A stretch of 64,000 nucleotides of DNA from NCBI GenBank assembly GCA_017654855.1, contig CM030333.1, positions 4,960,001 through 5,024,000 on the forward strand. Reading direction: 5' to 3'. Below the pieces are notes generated by a model. That model saw only the letters and a program-made list of their open reading frames with translations, made no database searches and was not told the DNA's origin. Origin of the DNA: Podospora anserina (lineage: Eukaryota). The position numbers and the translations under genes are program-made. Shown here piece by piece: positions 12,554-25,236 of this stretch. Numbering within the stretch: the stretch's first letter is position 1; the number at the start of each line of letters is the position of its first letter.

Positions 12554-15500
12554 ATAAATATTTAAGGGATTAATTAATAAAGGAGTATCTATCTCTAAAT
12601 AAATAACGGAGGAGTTAAAGGAAAGGAACGAAATAATTAGGAAACTAAATAAAAAAGCTAAACGTTTTTTATTTAATTTTATTTTAAAAAAATTAAATTT
12701 ATTATTATTAAATTATTATTTAACGTTTAATATTATTTTTTATAAAAATAAAGAAAAGGAAGATATTAAAAGTAAGGGAGGAAAGAATATTAATAATTAG
12801 AGAGAAGGAAAGAAGGAAGGTATAAGGGATTACTAAAAAAAAAAGTTTTTATTTTAGCTTAGAAAAATAGAAATTATAATAAAAATTTTAATTTCGAACG
12901 AAATTTTAAGAAAAGAACGATCGTTATTACCGACCTTTATAATAGGTTTATATTTAATACCGTCGCTATTACTATTAAAAATATTATTGCCGTTTAATTA
13001 AAGGACTAGTAAGATAACCTTATTTAAGCCCGATATAATATTTTTATATTTAAAAATATTTAATTAGTTCTTTATTTAATTAGGTTAATATAATTTCTTT
13101 ACTATATAATTATATAAATATTATTTACTTCCGCCCCCTTTTAAAAAAAAAAATAATATAAAAATTAATTTAATTACTATTTTTAAATAGGTTTAACTAA
13201 CGCCTATAAATATTATTATTATTATTATAATATATAAAAGGGTAAATAAAAAGGTAAAGCCGGTTAATAATATTAGGTTAAATAGTAGTATTTTTAAAGG
13301 AGATTCGAATTAGAAAGTAAAGAAATAGGCGGTAATTAAGGAATCCCTATAATATAATTTAAAATTTAATAATATTATAGTCCCTAAATTTTTTAAAATA
13401 ATTAAAGGGTTACGCTTTACTTTAAAATATTTAACCGATTTAATTAAATAAATTACCGATATTTTAATAGATTAGGAAATTAAAATATTTATAATAATTT
13501 TATTTATAAAGAAAATTATATTAATATAAAACTTTATTAAATATAAATAAATCTCTAAAAAAGTCTTCCTTACTTAATATATTAAGACTATCCCTTATAA
13601 AGTATAGTAAAATAAGTTTATTCTGATCCCGAAGTTATTTATAGGGAAAATTATTAATTTTTTTAAAAAATAAATTAAAAAAAATATTATTAAAGAAACG
13701 TATAGTCTTTACCGTAATAATTAATTTTTAATAAAAAAAAATAATAGTTTCTATTTAACTAATAATATTTAAAAATATAATAAAGTTATATAACGAAATA
13801 CTTTTATCCTATTAAATATTAAAAAGTTTAGTAAGGATTTTATAAAGTACTTTATTACTTCCTTATTTAACTTCTTTTCCAGATATAATTAAATTAAATT
13901 AACTTTAACGAACTAAGACTTTATTACCTTCGCGATACCTATTAGCCTATTTAGGATATATACCTTACTTTAAAGAATTATTAACTTAGTAGCCTAGTTT
14001 TAAAAAACTATAATTAAAGTCTTTTAAAATCTTATTCTATAGGTATATTAGTTATACTTAAATAATATTATAATAAAAAGGTTAAGGTAAGATTATAATA
14101 ATAAAGAAAAAAAGTTAGGAATTAGGAAGTAAATCCTAAAGTATTTAAAAAATATCGATATAGTTTTATTTAACTATAAGTTTATAGGAACTATAATTAT
14201 AATTATAAAATCCCTTTAATATAAATAGGAAATTATTATCCTTAACTATTTTTATATACTAAATAGGCGCCTCCTTAATTAAATAAAAATAGTAAAAATA
14301 AAGGAATAATAAATTTATTATAATTTTAAAGATATTCACGCTTTCCTAAAGATTACCGGTTACTATCGGCTATAAGTACCTCTCTTTAATCTAATCGCAA
14401 TTCTATTATATTTTTTAATAAAGAAAGATACGAAATAAAAATAAACGGAAGTTTAATAAAATATAATAAAGTAATTTACTTTTTTAATTATAGAGGTACT
14501 ATATTTAGTTTTTTAAATATTTAATAATAACCGTTTCGGTAAAATCTTTATTATTTTTAATATAAATTTAACGGAGTAAGGAGCGGTAATTAAATAAATA
14601 AAACTTAATAAAAAACGGTACCCTTATTAGTTTAAAAATAATATTTAAAGCCCGGCTAAATAAAAGTATAATATTATTAAGAGGGAGTTAAGAGGACTAT
14701 TATATATTTTAAGGAGATTTAAAAGGTATTTTTTTAGGGTATATTTTACGATGGAAACGGATATTTAAATAGTAGTCTATTAAGTCTAGAGGGCGGTTAA
14801 TAATATTTCCGATACTTTAATAATAAAATAATTAAAATAAATTAAATTTTTCGACTTTATAATTATTTATATCCCTAAAAGTAAAAACCTTATAATAAAC
14901 GTATTATCGAAAAAACTACCTAGCCCCTTTAATTTAAAAAAGAAAAAATTAAAATTAAATATTAATAATAAGGTTAACGTAAGGATCTAGAAAAACGATA
15001 TTTAAAAAGTAAGTATTTAGCGAGTAAATATTAAAAAAAAAAAAAAAAGTTATTAAATAAGGCCCCTATTTAAATAGATTATAGTTTCCTTACTTTTATA
15101 TTATCGCCGAATTCCTTATAATTAGTACGGAGCTAAGGGCTAAAACGAGGTTTAACGTTTAAACTATTAAAAATAATGTTTTAAAAATAATTTTCGAAAA
15201 CAAAATTTTATTTTTTAAATTAAATAAAGAAGGCTTTCCTCCTAAAAAAATTATTAACCCTTTAATCGAACGGAAAAAAATCTTTAATATATATTATAAC
15301 GAAATAGGCTATAAAGGATAAGAAATTACCTATACCTAAATAATAAAAAACTATTATTAGAAAGGTATATATATTAACGTCGAGGCTTAGATTAAAATAT
15401 ATAAATAATATTAATAATAAAGCCCGAAGCGTTAAAAGGATTAGTATTTATATATTAAACTTTTAATTACTTTATTTATAAAGTAGTATTTAAACGTTTA

Positions 15501-18384
15501 GTTTTTATTAATGGTTTTAGGAAAAAAAATTTATTTTTTAAAAGTAAGGAATAACTTAATTAAGTATTTAAAAACGAAGGTCTTAAGCTTAAGTAAGGTT
15601 TCTAAAATTAAAAATTTTATCCTATACGATATTATTTTTAGATAGGGTTACTCTTTAATTATAGTGGTGGATAGCGGATTAAAATTTAGGAAGGAAGTTA
15701 TTAAGATTTTAAAAAGGTTAAAAGTTTTTTAAATAATAGTTTTATTTTATAAAATAAAAGTAAATAAAATAACGGAATTTAATTATATTTTAATTATATT
15801 AATATTAATAAAAATAACGGATAGGACGGGGAAAAAATAAAAATAATAGTTCCTGTATATATTATTTATTAATAAAATTATAATATGAGGTATTTATAGG
15901 TATAGTACTTTCTATTTAATATATAAGTTTAATCTTATTACACTAATCGAAAAGGACGTACCGTTATAGAGAGTCGTTTAATAAAAAAAAATTAATTTCG
16001 ATAAATTAGGGAGATATTAGAAGGAAAAAGCGATTATAGATTTAATAGAGGTAAAGACGAAACTATTAAAATCCTAAAAAATAAATTTAACTTTGGTAGT
16101 TAAAAGGGTTAGTATAGTAAAATAGAAAGCTATAGTAAAAAAAAATAAAAAAGGGATTTATAATATTAGGTTTAAAAATAATATAATTAAAAAGGGAGAC
16201 TTAATATTAGTATATAAAATAAATAGAAAGTTAGATATAAGTATAGTAAGGAAGCTATAGTACCGCTAGGACGGCCCTTTTAAAATAAAGAAGGTCGAAC
16301 TAAATAATATTTATTACTTTTTAAAGATATTAAATAAAATACTATTACGAGTTTCTTATATATTAAATAAAATAAAAAAGTTTTTTAGGTTAAAAAACGT
16401 ATATATAAATAAAGAGGATATAGATATATAGTTAGGATTAAGGAGAGTTAAGTAAATATTTAAAAATAAAGTAAAGGAAAGTATAGATATAGTAAAAAAT
16501 AAGGATAAAAAAAAAGATAGTAGAAAAAATATTAAGGAAAATAATAATTAGGGGGAAGACTTAAATAAAACGGAAGAATATTAAAGTATAAAAGAGATTT
16601 AAAAAAAGTAAAAGTATAAAGGTAATCCTAAAGAAGGGTAAACTAAAAAACTTTTTAAGTAATTAGGGGGAAACGATAACGAAAGCATTATAATTATTAT
16701 TTTTCTTTAAAAAAATATTAAAGTTTATATTATAAAGATAAAGTTATAGGAGCTATTTATTTTTAAAGGAAGGAAAAATATTAAGGGAGGTAATTAATTA
16801 AAGTAAAGATTATTATATTAAATTTTTAATTTTTTTTTTTTTTTTTATTATTTTTTTTTCCGATTTACTCTTTTCTTTATACCCCTTCCTCTAATTTAAG
16901 AAAGTAAAAAACTATTCTTTTTCTTTTTTCTTTTCCTTTTTTTTATTTATTTATTATTTTTTAAGTTTTTTATATTTAGCCCGTTATTTTTTTTACTCTT
17001 AGTCCTAATTAATTTCTTTATTATTAAAAATTAAACTTACGGTACTATAATTTAACTTCAATAACCTACTATTACTAAAATCCTTAAAGTAAAAACTATT
17101 TTTATTAATATTAAACTATAAATAATAAATACTTTTATACTAATAATTTTTATATTTTTAATTAAAGTCCTTTCTTTTTATATAACCGAAGTATAACTAT
17201 ATTACTTTAGTTTTAGTTTTATCGAGGAACGTTACGAAAGACTAACGATAATTTTAATCGTACTTATTATATAAATTAATATAATTAAATTTAATATATT
17301 AATATTAAATTAAGTTTAATTAAGAAGGTAATATTTATAATAACCCGATAATTTAAATAAATAAGCCTTTAGAGCGATAAGCCCGTTTAACGATTTTAAA
17401 AAGCTAGCGCCCGAAAAACTATTTATTAAACCGTTCGACGAAAATCCGTTTAACGGAACCGGTTAATAATACTTTAAAAATATAATTAATAATAATTTTA
17501 TCCGTACTAATATCTTTAAAAAATAATTATTATTCTTTTTTACCCCCTTTTTTCGTTAGATTAGGGAGAAACTATTTAAGGTAGAGGAAAGTAATTACGT
17601 ATTTAGGATTTAAAAGGGAAATTTTAAAGTATTAAAAAGTAATTTAATAGGGGAGAGAAATATTATAATAAATATTAATACTTTTAAGTATAGTAAAGTT
17701 ATAAACGTAAGTAGGATATTAAATTTAAATATACTTTTTATAAATAACGCTTTAATTATTAGGAGTATAAGTAAGGTCGGTAGGACGATAAATAAAGGTA
17801 ATAAATAAAGGTTTTTAAATAAGGTTTATAGTGATTTTAGATTAATTGTATATAGTAAAGTTAAAGACTCCTTTAATTTAATTAAAAAGTTTTTTAACGA
17901 AAAAAGTTATAAATACCTAAGTAGCAAGGTTATTGACCGTTTAATTAAATAAAATAGTAGGTTTCTTTAAAAAAGAGGCTATTAAGAGGAAACGATTAAT
18001 AAGTATTAAAAAAAATAAAGAGTAAATAGGAATAAAAAGAATTAATATAGGTATTTATAATTAGAGGATAGGACGGTACGATTAATCCTATAAACCTTTA
18101 TAGGAAAGAGATTTATTAAAACACTTTTTTTTCTTTAAACGGCTTATATAATTATTTAATAATTTTACTTTATAAGTTAAATAAATAATAAAGAATAAAA
18201 ATTTACTAAAAACCTTTTTCCTTTTTTAATTTTTTATTTTAAAAAAATTCTTTACTTCCCTTTTAATAACCCTTTAATTATAAATTATATTATATATTAT
18301 TCTTTTTTAAATTTTATAAAATAATATTATTAATATTTTTTATAAAGTTTATTTATAATATATTATAAAAAAATTTATTATTAT

Positions 18385-19017
18385 TGTTAGCTGGTAAGCC
18401 CTAATAGGCCTATAATATAGAACCTATACAGGGTTGCTATAAAATACAGCAGTGCGCAAGCGGAAGCGGGAGGATACGACGGCAGTGCCGAAGGAAGGTA
18501 AAGCACTATAATACAGTGAGGTATAAAGAATAAGAATTGCCTTTATTACCCTTGGCCTTGGCCTTTGGCCTTAGCCTTAAGCTTTTGCCCTTAAGGAAAG
18601 AAAGAAAACTATTCTACAGGAGAGAGGAGAGGTCTATATATAGGCCTTCGTAAGCCTACTGTGGGTCCTGTAGGCCCTGGAAGCCCCTATACCACTTTAG
18701 GGTATTTGGTGGGCTTAGGTGGGTCTAGTGTAGACTTACGGAAATCTATAGAACCTTTGGCAGTAAAGGTGCCCTATAAATTATGCTATTATGGCGACTT
18801 ACTACGTAAGCCTATAGCCACTTTAGAAGGTTCCAGTATCCTGTTGACTAAGCCTTAGGCCACAGTAGCCCTGTAAGCCTTTAAGGGTCCTTTGTAAAGA
18901 ATATTCTAAAGGGATCCAAGCCGGGAAGTTCCATTACTGCTTATAGCAGTACTGCCCACTGTAATATCAATCTATAGGGCAGTAAGTAGGGCACTTAGTA
19001 GTACCTACACATTAATA
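18385..19017. mobile_element. Solo LTR (~633 bp) of a different retrotransposon family, inserted in copy B
   Basis: Absent from the matching position of copy A (~2325). Ends TGTTAG...TTAATA (RIP-mutated CTAACA). 5-bp TSD ATTAT (18380-18384, 19018-19022). Internal TATA-like run and higher GC than the flanks. Confidence 0.8.
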
Positions 19018-20655
19018 ATTATTAAGAAATTCGGCCCTCTTAATAATTTCGTTAAAGAAATTATTCGGAAAGCGTACCTTTAAAGTATCGATAAGGTTTA
19101 TAACTCTAGTCTCCTATATAATATTTTCTTTTCCTAAAGTAATAATATTTTTTAGTTTATTTATTTTAACTTTAATTTAATTATTAACCTAGGAAATTAT
19201 ATTATAGGAAGGCGGCCCGACTAAATTAATATTATTTTTATAAAATAATTTTCGATTAATATTATTAAATATTTTTTTTAAATTTAAAAATAACGATCTT
19301 CCCTAATCGGATTTATATTTATAGTACTTATATAACTTCCTTTATTTATACTATATATAATTTTTAAAATTAATTAAAAATTAAATAATAATTTATTAAT
19401 TTAATTTTTATTTACGCTCTTTAGTATTTTCTTTAAAGAATCCTCGAACGTTATATATAGATCCCTAAAAAACCTTTAAACTTTATTATAATAAAGTCGT
19501 TAATATATTTTTTCTTACTTAACGATAACTATAATATTTTTAATTAATAATATTAAATCCTCTCTATTTATATTAATAACGGAAACTATTAAGTAATAAA
19601 TATTTATAATATTACTATTAATATTTTAATTTATATAAATTTATTAAAAAATTAAAAAAAATATTAAATTAATATTATTTTTTATTTAATATTTTATATT
19701 CGTTACGCTTTTTACTATAACTTTAACGTAAAAGTAAGGAGGTTAGCCTATAGTAAATAGGGCGGGGTATAAAAATATAATTTTTAAATTTTAAAGTATT
19801 ATTATATTTATTTTTAGGGAAATATTTTGTACGGTAAAGAAAAGGATTTAATAGTAATAAAAGTTTAAAAAGAAAATTATTATTATAAAGACTATAAGAC
19901 TATAAGCGTTATAGGGAAAAAAATAATAAGGTTATAAATAATTTATATAAAAAGGTTTTTAAGTTATAAGTTTAATTAAAAGGTATATAATAAAAAATAA
20001 AGGAGGAGGGGCTTAAAAGATTTAATAAACGTAGAAGGATTTAACTTATTAAATACCCTTTTATTTCTTTTTAAGTTTTTATTAATTTCCCGATTTAATT
20101 TTTTTTTTAGTTTTCCGTTAGTTTTAATTATTATTATTAAAAAAAATAAATACATTATAAATCTTTTTTTTAATTATAAAGGATTTAAATTAAATAATAT
20201 ATTAAGTAACTTTTAATAATTAAGTAAAATAGTAACCCCCTTTAAGTTCCGCACTTTTATAATAATAAATTTACCGCTCCTCTTTAAACTTATAATTACC
20301 TATCCCCCTACTTATAATTTTTTAAGATCGTTAATAATATACTTTTCGTTTAATTATATATTTAATTTTATAGGATAGGAATAGGCTTTTAGAGTTCCTT
20401 AAAAATAAAAGGAAGAAGTCGTTAAGTTATTAATTATAATAGTTCGATAAGGACGGAAGTATATTTTGAGATTCGAAAAGTAAGGGTACTCTTCTCTTTA
20501 ATTAAGGGAGAATAGATAAAGGGATAATAGGATTATATTATTTTCCGTTCTTTTTACTAAACGATATTTTCTTTTTTTTTTTGGTTTATAAAGGATTTTT
20601 TTTTTATATACGTATTTGCCTACTAGTTTATAGTAATTAAATGCGAAGGGAGGTT

Positions 20656-21018
20656 TAGTTTGGGGTGCGGCTATAGGCTTAAGAGTATGAGTAAGGAAGC
20701 GGGGCTCTCAGAGGACTCAGGGGTTCAGGGGTCATGTATATAAGCGGTCTGCTTCGGACATTCTATTTTAGACAGGACATCGACTTTTATTCTTTTCTTC
20801 GTATTTTGTGCCTTATACGCGTGTAGGCAATTCTGGCCCTCTGATCAAGCCAATCCGGTGCTTATTATGTGGCCTGCGAGCCCATAGTGTCTTTTCTTTG
20901 TCCTACGTGAAGTGCGGCCTGCGAGCGAGTCACTGTCACGCAGGTGTGTTCATTCTGAGACCTGTTGAGGGTATATTTGTGGTGTTGTGGTTGTTTTGTG
21001 TGTTTTCTCACCATTTCA
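20656..21018 (+). repeat. 3' LTR of copy B (363 bp)
   Basis: Near-identical to 10082-10444, preceded by the PPT plus 2 nt, ends CCATTTCA. Confidence 0.92.
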
Positions 21019-21428
21019 GTAGCCCTCTTACAGGCAGAGGTCTCTTCGCTCCGTAAGGCCAATGAGGCACTAAGTAAGCGCCGGAGAGTTAAAAAAACAC
21101 GTGTACGGCTCGGAGGATCACTTACTGTGCAAGATGCACAGGATCTACTAGACTAGAAGGCCGTGGGTGGGGAGGTAGTGGAAGAAATACAGCCGGATGG
21201 CGGTAATGCAGGGGGGGCTCGTACGACGGTTCGGTGCTGTGGTGTGTGCGGCAAGCCTGGCCATAACGCGCGCACTTGCCAGGAGGCTGGGGAATCATCT
21301 GATTCAGCCGTTTCTGATGTAATTGTAGTTGCTTCCTAATGTTGTTGCGGTATAATTGAGGATAGTTGTTGTAGGGTGGTGGAGACTGTACGACTCGCTT
21401 ATATGTACGACTCGCTTATAATATACGT
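21019..21428 (+). mobile_element. 3' end of a Fot1/pogo (Tc1-mariner superfamily) DNA transposon: transposase C-terminus and right TIR
   Basis: Reads VALLQAEVSSLRKANEALSKRRR..KKTRVRLGGSLTVQDAQDLLD*...RCCGVCGKPGHNARTC (CCHC knuckle) with a CAG>TAG stop at 21154. The terminus has a tandem 17-mer (tgtacgactcgcttata x2, 21387-21420) and ends ACGT followed by the TA target site. Confidence 0.88.
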
Positions 21429-22411
21429 TATACTCACTGATGTCAAAAAACATAACCAGGGGCATGGGAAGGTGGTCTTTTATGCCAGTGCTAGGGGCCA
21501 TTTTGCTTGCCTTCTGAGAAAGTCGGTTGCATCGGCTGCATGGCACTCCTGGAGCCCCATCGCACTATAGACGTTAATCATACTGAGGAGAGTCCGGGGT
21601 CAAGCAGGAAGAAAAGGGTACGGTACTTACACTGCCGGTTTTCTTTGCAAAAACGCACTCTGCACAAACAAACCTTCGTATGCGTTGATTTGACGCCTGG
21701 GAATCCATGGCGCCAGGACCAAGCTGATGACCAGCTTTAAAATATACCATCGGGGGCAAGTTCTCAGCTAGCATGGGAAGAAGTGCCATTCCACCATCCA
21801 CAACCGGTCTGGGGTTGGTCTCAACTGTCTCATAAACACTCGTGCAGTCACATTCGGACACTGGACTTGCCATCGGAGCCATGGAAGGTTTGTTGTTGCC
21901 ATGAAGGAGAGGTAGGTCCCAGTTTGAGCTCCCAAGACCACAAATTTGATCCTCCTCAATGCAGCTGACTTGTAAGGGATATTCTGAAGCCTGTATTGCA
22001 CAGTGTTTGCGTCATGATCAAAAGAATAGTGTGGATCGGCCCATAGGAGATTTCGTGGCGTTGGTATGCCAGGCCCGATTTGGGGTGCATAGTCGCGTGA
22101 AGCTGAGTGTTTTCCCGGGGTGCTTTTCCGGGATGGCGTGAAGGTTGCTCGCTCCAGTAGGTCCTCTGCTGGTCGGTTTGGGGGACGGTATGCTTCCTCC
22201 TGATCTGATAAATGGTTAGCGCTGGGGTTTATAAGTCCTAGACACGTTGCAAATGATAATGATGTCTTCTAACCGTAGGTTGAATGAAAGCAAAAGTGGA
22301 TTCATCGATCTGGTAGTCTCGAAGCCAATCATATGAAGAAAAGTCAAGTAAAGCATCAATATCATTGTCGGTCCCGCATGTCAAACCTGGATCTCCTGGG
22401 CTGGTCTCCAT
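21429..22411 (-). pseudogene. Truncated, frameshifted gene with a Zn2Cys6-like motif, cut by the pogo element
   Basis: ATG at 22411 (METSPGDPGLTCGTDNDIDALLDF...). Canonical intron 21565-21630 (GTAAGT...TTAAC...TAG) joins CAECVFAKKTGS to CDGAPGVPCSRC. The frame runs into the transposon TA site. One frameshift near 22000. Confidence 0.55.
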
Positions 22412-22799
22412 GATTGTTGTAAGCCGAGACGCAAAGTGAGTGCTACAGATGACGGGAGTTCGGGTGAGTTTGAAAAGACGTCAGGAAGGCAATGAGGCAC
22501 AATCTGGGCAGTCATGTCGGTCAAGTTCATAATAAACAGACCCTACCTTGATCTTCAGAAACCAAGTGGCCAAGGTAAGGTAAGGCAAAACAAACGGGCA
22601 GCATTATGCTAACATTTGATTGGCCGAGGGTGCCCGTGGCTTGCTCGCTTCGACGGCCAGCGTCTCGGAGACTGCATATATTCGTATAGAGGGGTCTGTG
22701 CCGTCGGGTTTCGCTTGCTGCACACATATGTACGGTTTTAACGACACAATCACCGTCGATCTTGTCACTGGCAAGTTTGCTTTTTTCCGATTATCAGTG

Positions 22800-24913
22800 A
22801 TGATGGTGCTATTCTCGCCCTACCGCTATCGGTCTTTGCCGCATGATGACTCCATCCGAATTCTGCGGATCCATCCGAGCCCTCGCCGCGATGCGCCAAT
22901 TCGATGCAGACTGGACATCCGTCGTCTTTCTGAGCTGGCACCACCGTACGAAGCACTTTCATACACTTGGCAGATGCATTAGAGACAGTGCAGATATTCA
23001 TCGGAGATACCGATGCCCAGCTTAAGGTCACTCGGAACTGTTTCAACGCGTTGAAAAACCTGCGACTTGCCCGACACCCCCCGCCCAATGTGGATTGACG
23101 CCATTTGCATCAACCGGGAAGATAACGAAGCAAAATCACATCAAGTCCGGATGATGGACTGGGTCTGTGCCTCAGCCAGTCGCACCGTCGTTTACCTCGG
23201 AGAAGAGACATCTAGCAGCCGAACCGTTTTCAAAGATCTTTCCCAGGCTGTTGATGGGCCCTTCAAACTCTTTGAGGATGGCATCTGGAGACCAGAACGC
23301 CCTAGTTCGGATGAGGGTGTAGTGGTGGGATTGGAAGAGCTGATTGACCGTTCATGGTTCTCTCGAATCTGGGTACAACAAGAGGTATATGTGAGCGACG
23401 GACAATCGGTCCTGGTAGTGTGTGGTTTAGATCACGCCTCGTGGGAGCTGCTCCATCGCTGTCTCTTCGGGTACAAAAGGTAGACCTTGGTAGTCAACCG
23501 ATCTGCAGCTCCCGGTGTACTGACTTTATCCTCTTATAAATAGAAGCTTCCCACCTGGTGGAGTTTGTGGAGAGCCCTCGGCTCAACTAAATCGTGTCAA
23601 GCAACTGACCTCCGAGTCAAAGTATTTGCGCTGAAAGCCCTAATCGGTCCCGGGAGCATCAGTCTGGATCACATCATCGACTATTTTCGAAGTCTTGAAT
23701 CAGTTCTGGCCGCAGTTGCAGAGTACTTACTACCAATCATAGGCTTGACGTTACTGTTGGCCGTCCGCCATCCCCATGGTCGCGTTGGTCTTGCTTCTTG
23801 GGTCCCCGACTGGTCTCAAACGCAGTCACTGTGGGGCTTAGATGCCTTTGGTATGGCCGTCCGAAAAGCCATGGGCAACACCAAAAAAGGATATGTTGAC
23901 GAAAGGCCAAATGAGTTAGTACCTGGTACCTATCCAGCGCTCATCAGCCTGTTGAGGTACCTGTAAGGCTGAGTAACCCGAGCCAATCTTTGCTGCAGCT
24001 TTCATTACATCTTTTTTTTCCAAGGCCGTAGAATATGACCCTGGAATTTTGTGTGTAGATGGTTGGCGTGCTGGGAGTATCACTAGACTGGGGGCAACGT
24101 TCCGTTTTTGTGACACAAAAGACACAAAGCAACAATTGGCACGCATTCAGGAAGTTACACGGCGGCTAAAGAGGGATGGGATGATACCCGAGGGCTATAT
24201 TCTACCATCTCACATCAAGGATCACAACATCATATCATGTGGGTGTGCGTCCGTTGTTCATGTCTCTACCCCACAGTCTAACTAACCAATAACACTAACC
24301 ACTTCTTGCTTAGCATTCAACAATCTAGGCACGGTAGAAATGAGACAGCTTTTTACCAGAGGCCTTGTTTCGGCAGGTGATGAGGATGAACTGGTACGTG
24401 TTACTCACTTACGTACCTGGCGAAATACGCCACCCCAAGCATCTGCATCATTCTCGCATACCTTTCCCCAACTGTCGCCAGGTTGAAACCGCTACTGATA
24501 TATGTTTCATTAAACAGAATAGCATGTACCTTGATTGGTTTCCCTCCGAAGGAGACGTTCCTTCGTGGATAATCCCGGAGGCCACACGACACTTGAATGG
24601 CTGCAAGTTCTTCGTGATTGGGGAACGTCTTATTGGAATAGCACCCGAGGCTGCACAAGAGTCAGATGTTCTTTTAATCATCAAGAAAACACATTGGCCA
24701 TGTCTCTTACGACCAGCTCCGGGTGGGCGCTGGCAACTTGTCAGTGGAGATTGTTATGTCATGATTTGGAGGAAGAAGTTGGGTATAAGGAACTTCAGTT
24801 TTCCGTCGGAGGAACATGGGATGGGCCGAGAATTGAGGGTTGGTTGGACGAGGAGCCAGAAAAATTGGAAGTCTGGTAGATTCCAAAATACCCGGGAGTA
24901 CATCACCTTTTGA
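22800..24913 (+). pseudogene. HET-domain (heterokaryon incompatibility, HET-6-like) pseudogene
   Basis: Motifs IRILRIHP, YEALSYTW, VTRNCFNALKNLR, WIDAICIN, TVVYLGE, WFSRIWVQQE, ATDLRVKVFAL, LASWVPDWS, LLRP...WQLVSGDCY. Frameshifts near 22970 and 23070, in-frame TAG at 23481 and 23541, further stops near 23965. Confidence 0.88.
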
Positions 24914-25236
24914 CGGAGTTCTGGGTGAAGGAGTTGCAAAAATGCCCCGGAGCTGTAGCTTTCAGAGTGTGAGGCGGTAGACTGTCCCACTTTTTAGAGG
25001 TTTTCAGGGGCTGATATCAACGTCAAGAGATTCGCTCGGTACTATATTGGTGCTAACGTGCTTGCGTTCCGGAACCGGAAGCTAGTACCTGCTCTAGACT
25101 GTTTGCCATTTAGCTTCGGATTGCGTCATTTGGAGTCGCTGTCCGCCATGCACACCAAGACAACTGACAGCTATATGATCTCAACAGCCAGGGTCATATC
25201 TTTGCGCAATCTGAGAGCTTAACGTGTCCTCCAAGG

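Larger units (their letters stand above)
1..21018 (+). mobile_element. Second copy (B) of the same LTR retrotransposon, interrupted by copy A; 5' part lies outside the window
   Basis: 1-325 and 12554-20655 join seamlessly and match the reverse complement of copy A internal sequence (e.g. 1-80 vs 8400-8480; 12558 onward vs 8150 backward). RT motifs at ~13920-14090, integrase core IVVDSGLKFRKEV at 15661-15699, PPT gaagggagg at 20645-20653. Confidence 0.9.

Noticed and set aside
1..20650. Centromere or mitochondrial insertion as the cause of the AT richness
   Set aside because: The sequence is fully explained by RIP-mutated retrotransposons. Centromere status cannot be judged from this window.
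309..21056. Four near-identical 60-82 aa ORFs (MPYTRAGNSGPLIRP...)
   Set aside because: They lie inside the LTR copies, mostly start at non-ATG codons and run off the LTR end. They are not genes.
21387..21420. Tandem 17-bp direct repeat (CRISPR-like or regulatory?)
   Set aside because: It has two copies and no spacer. It is the internal repeat of the pogo TIR.
23481..23543. In-frame TAG codons in the HET gene as A-to-I editing-corrected stops or as an intron
   Set aside because: The gene also has frameshifts and TGA/TAA stops that editing cannot fix. Removing the GT-AG segment shifts the frame.
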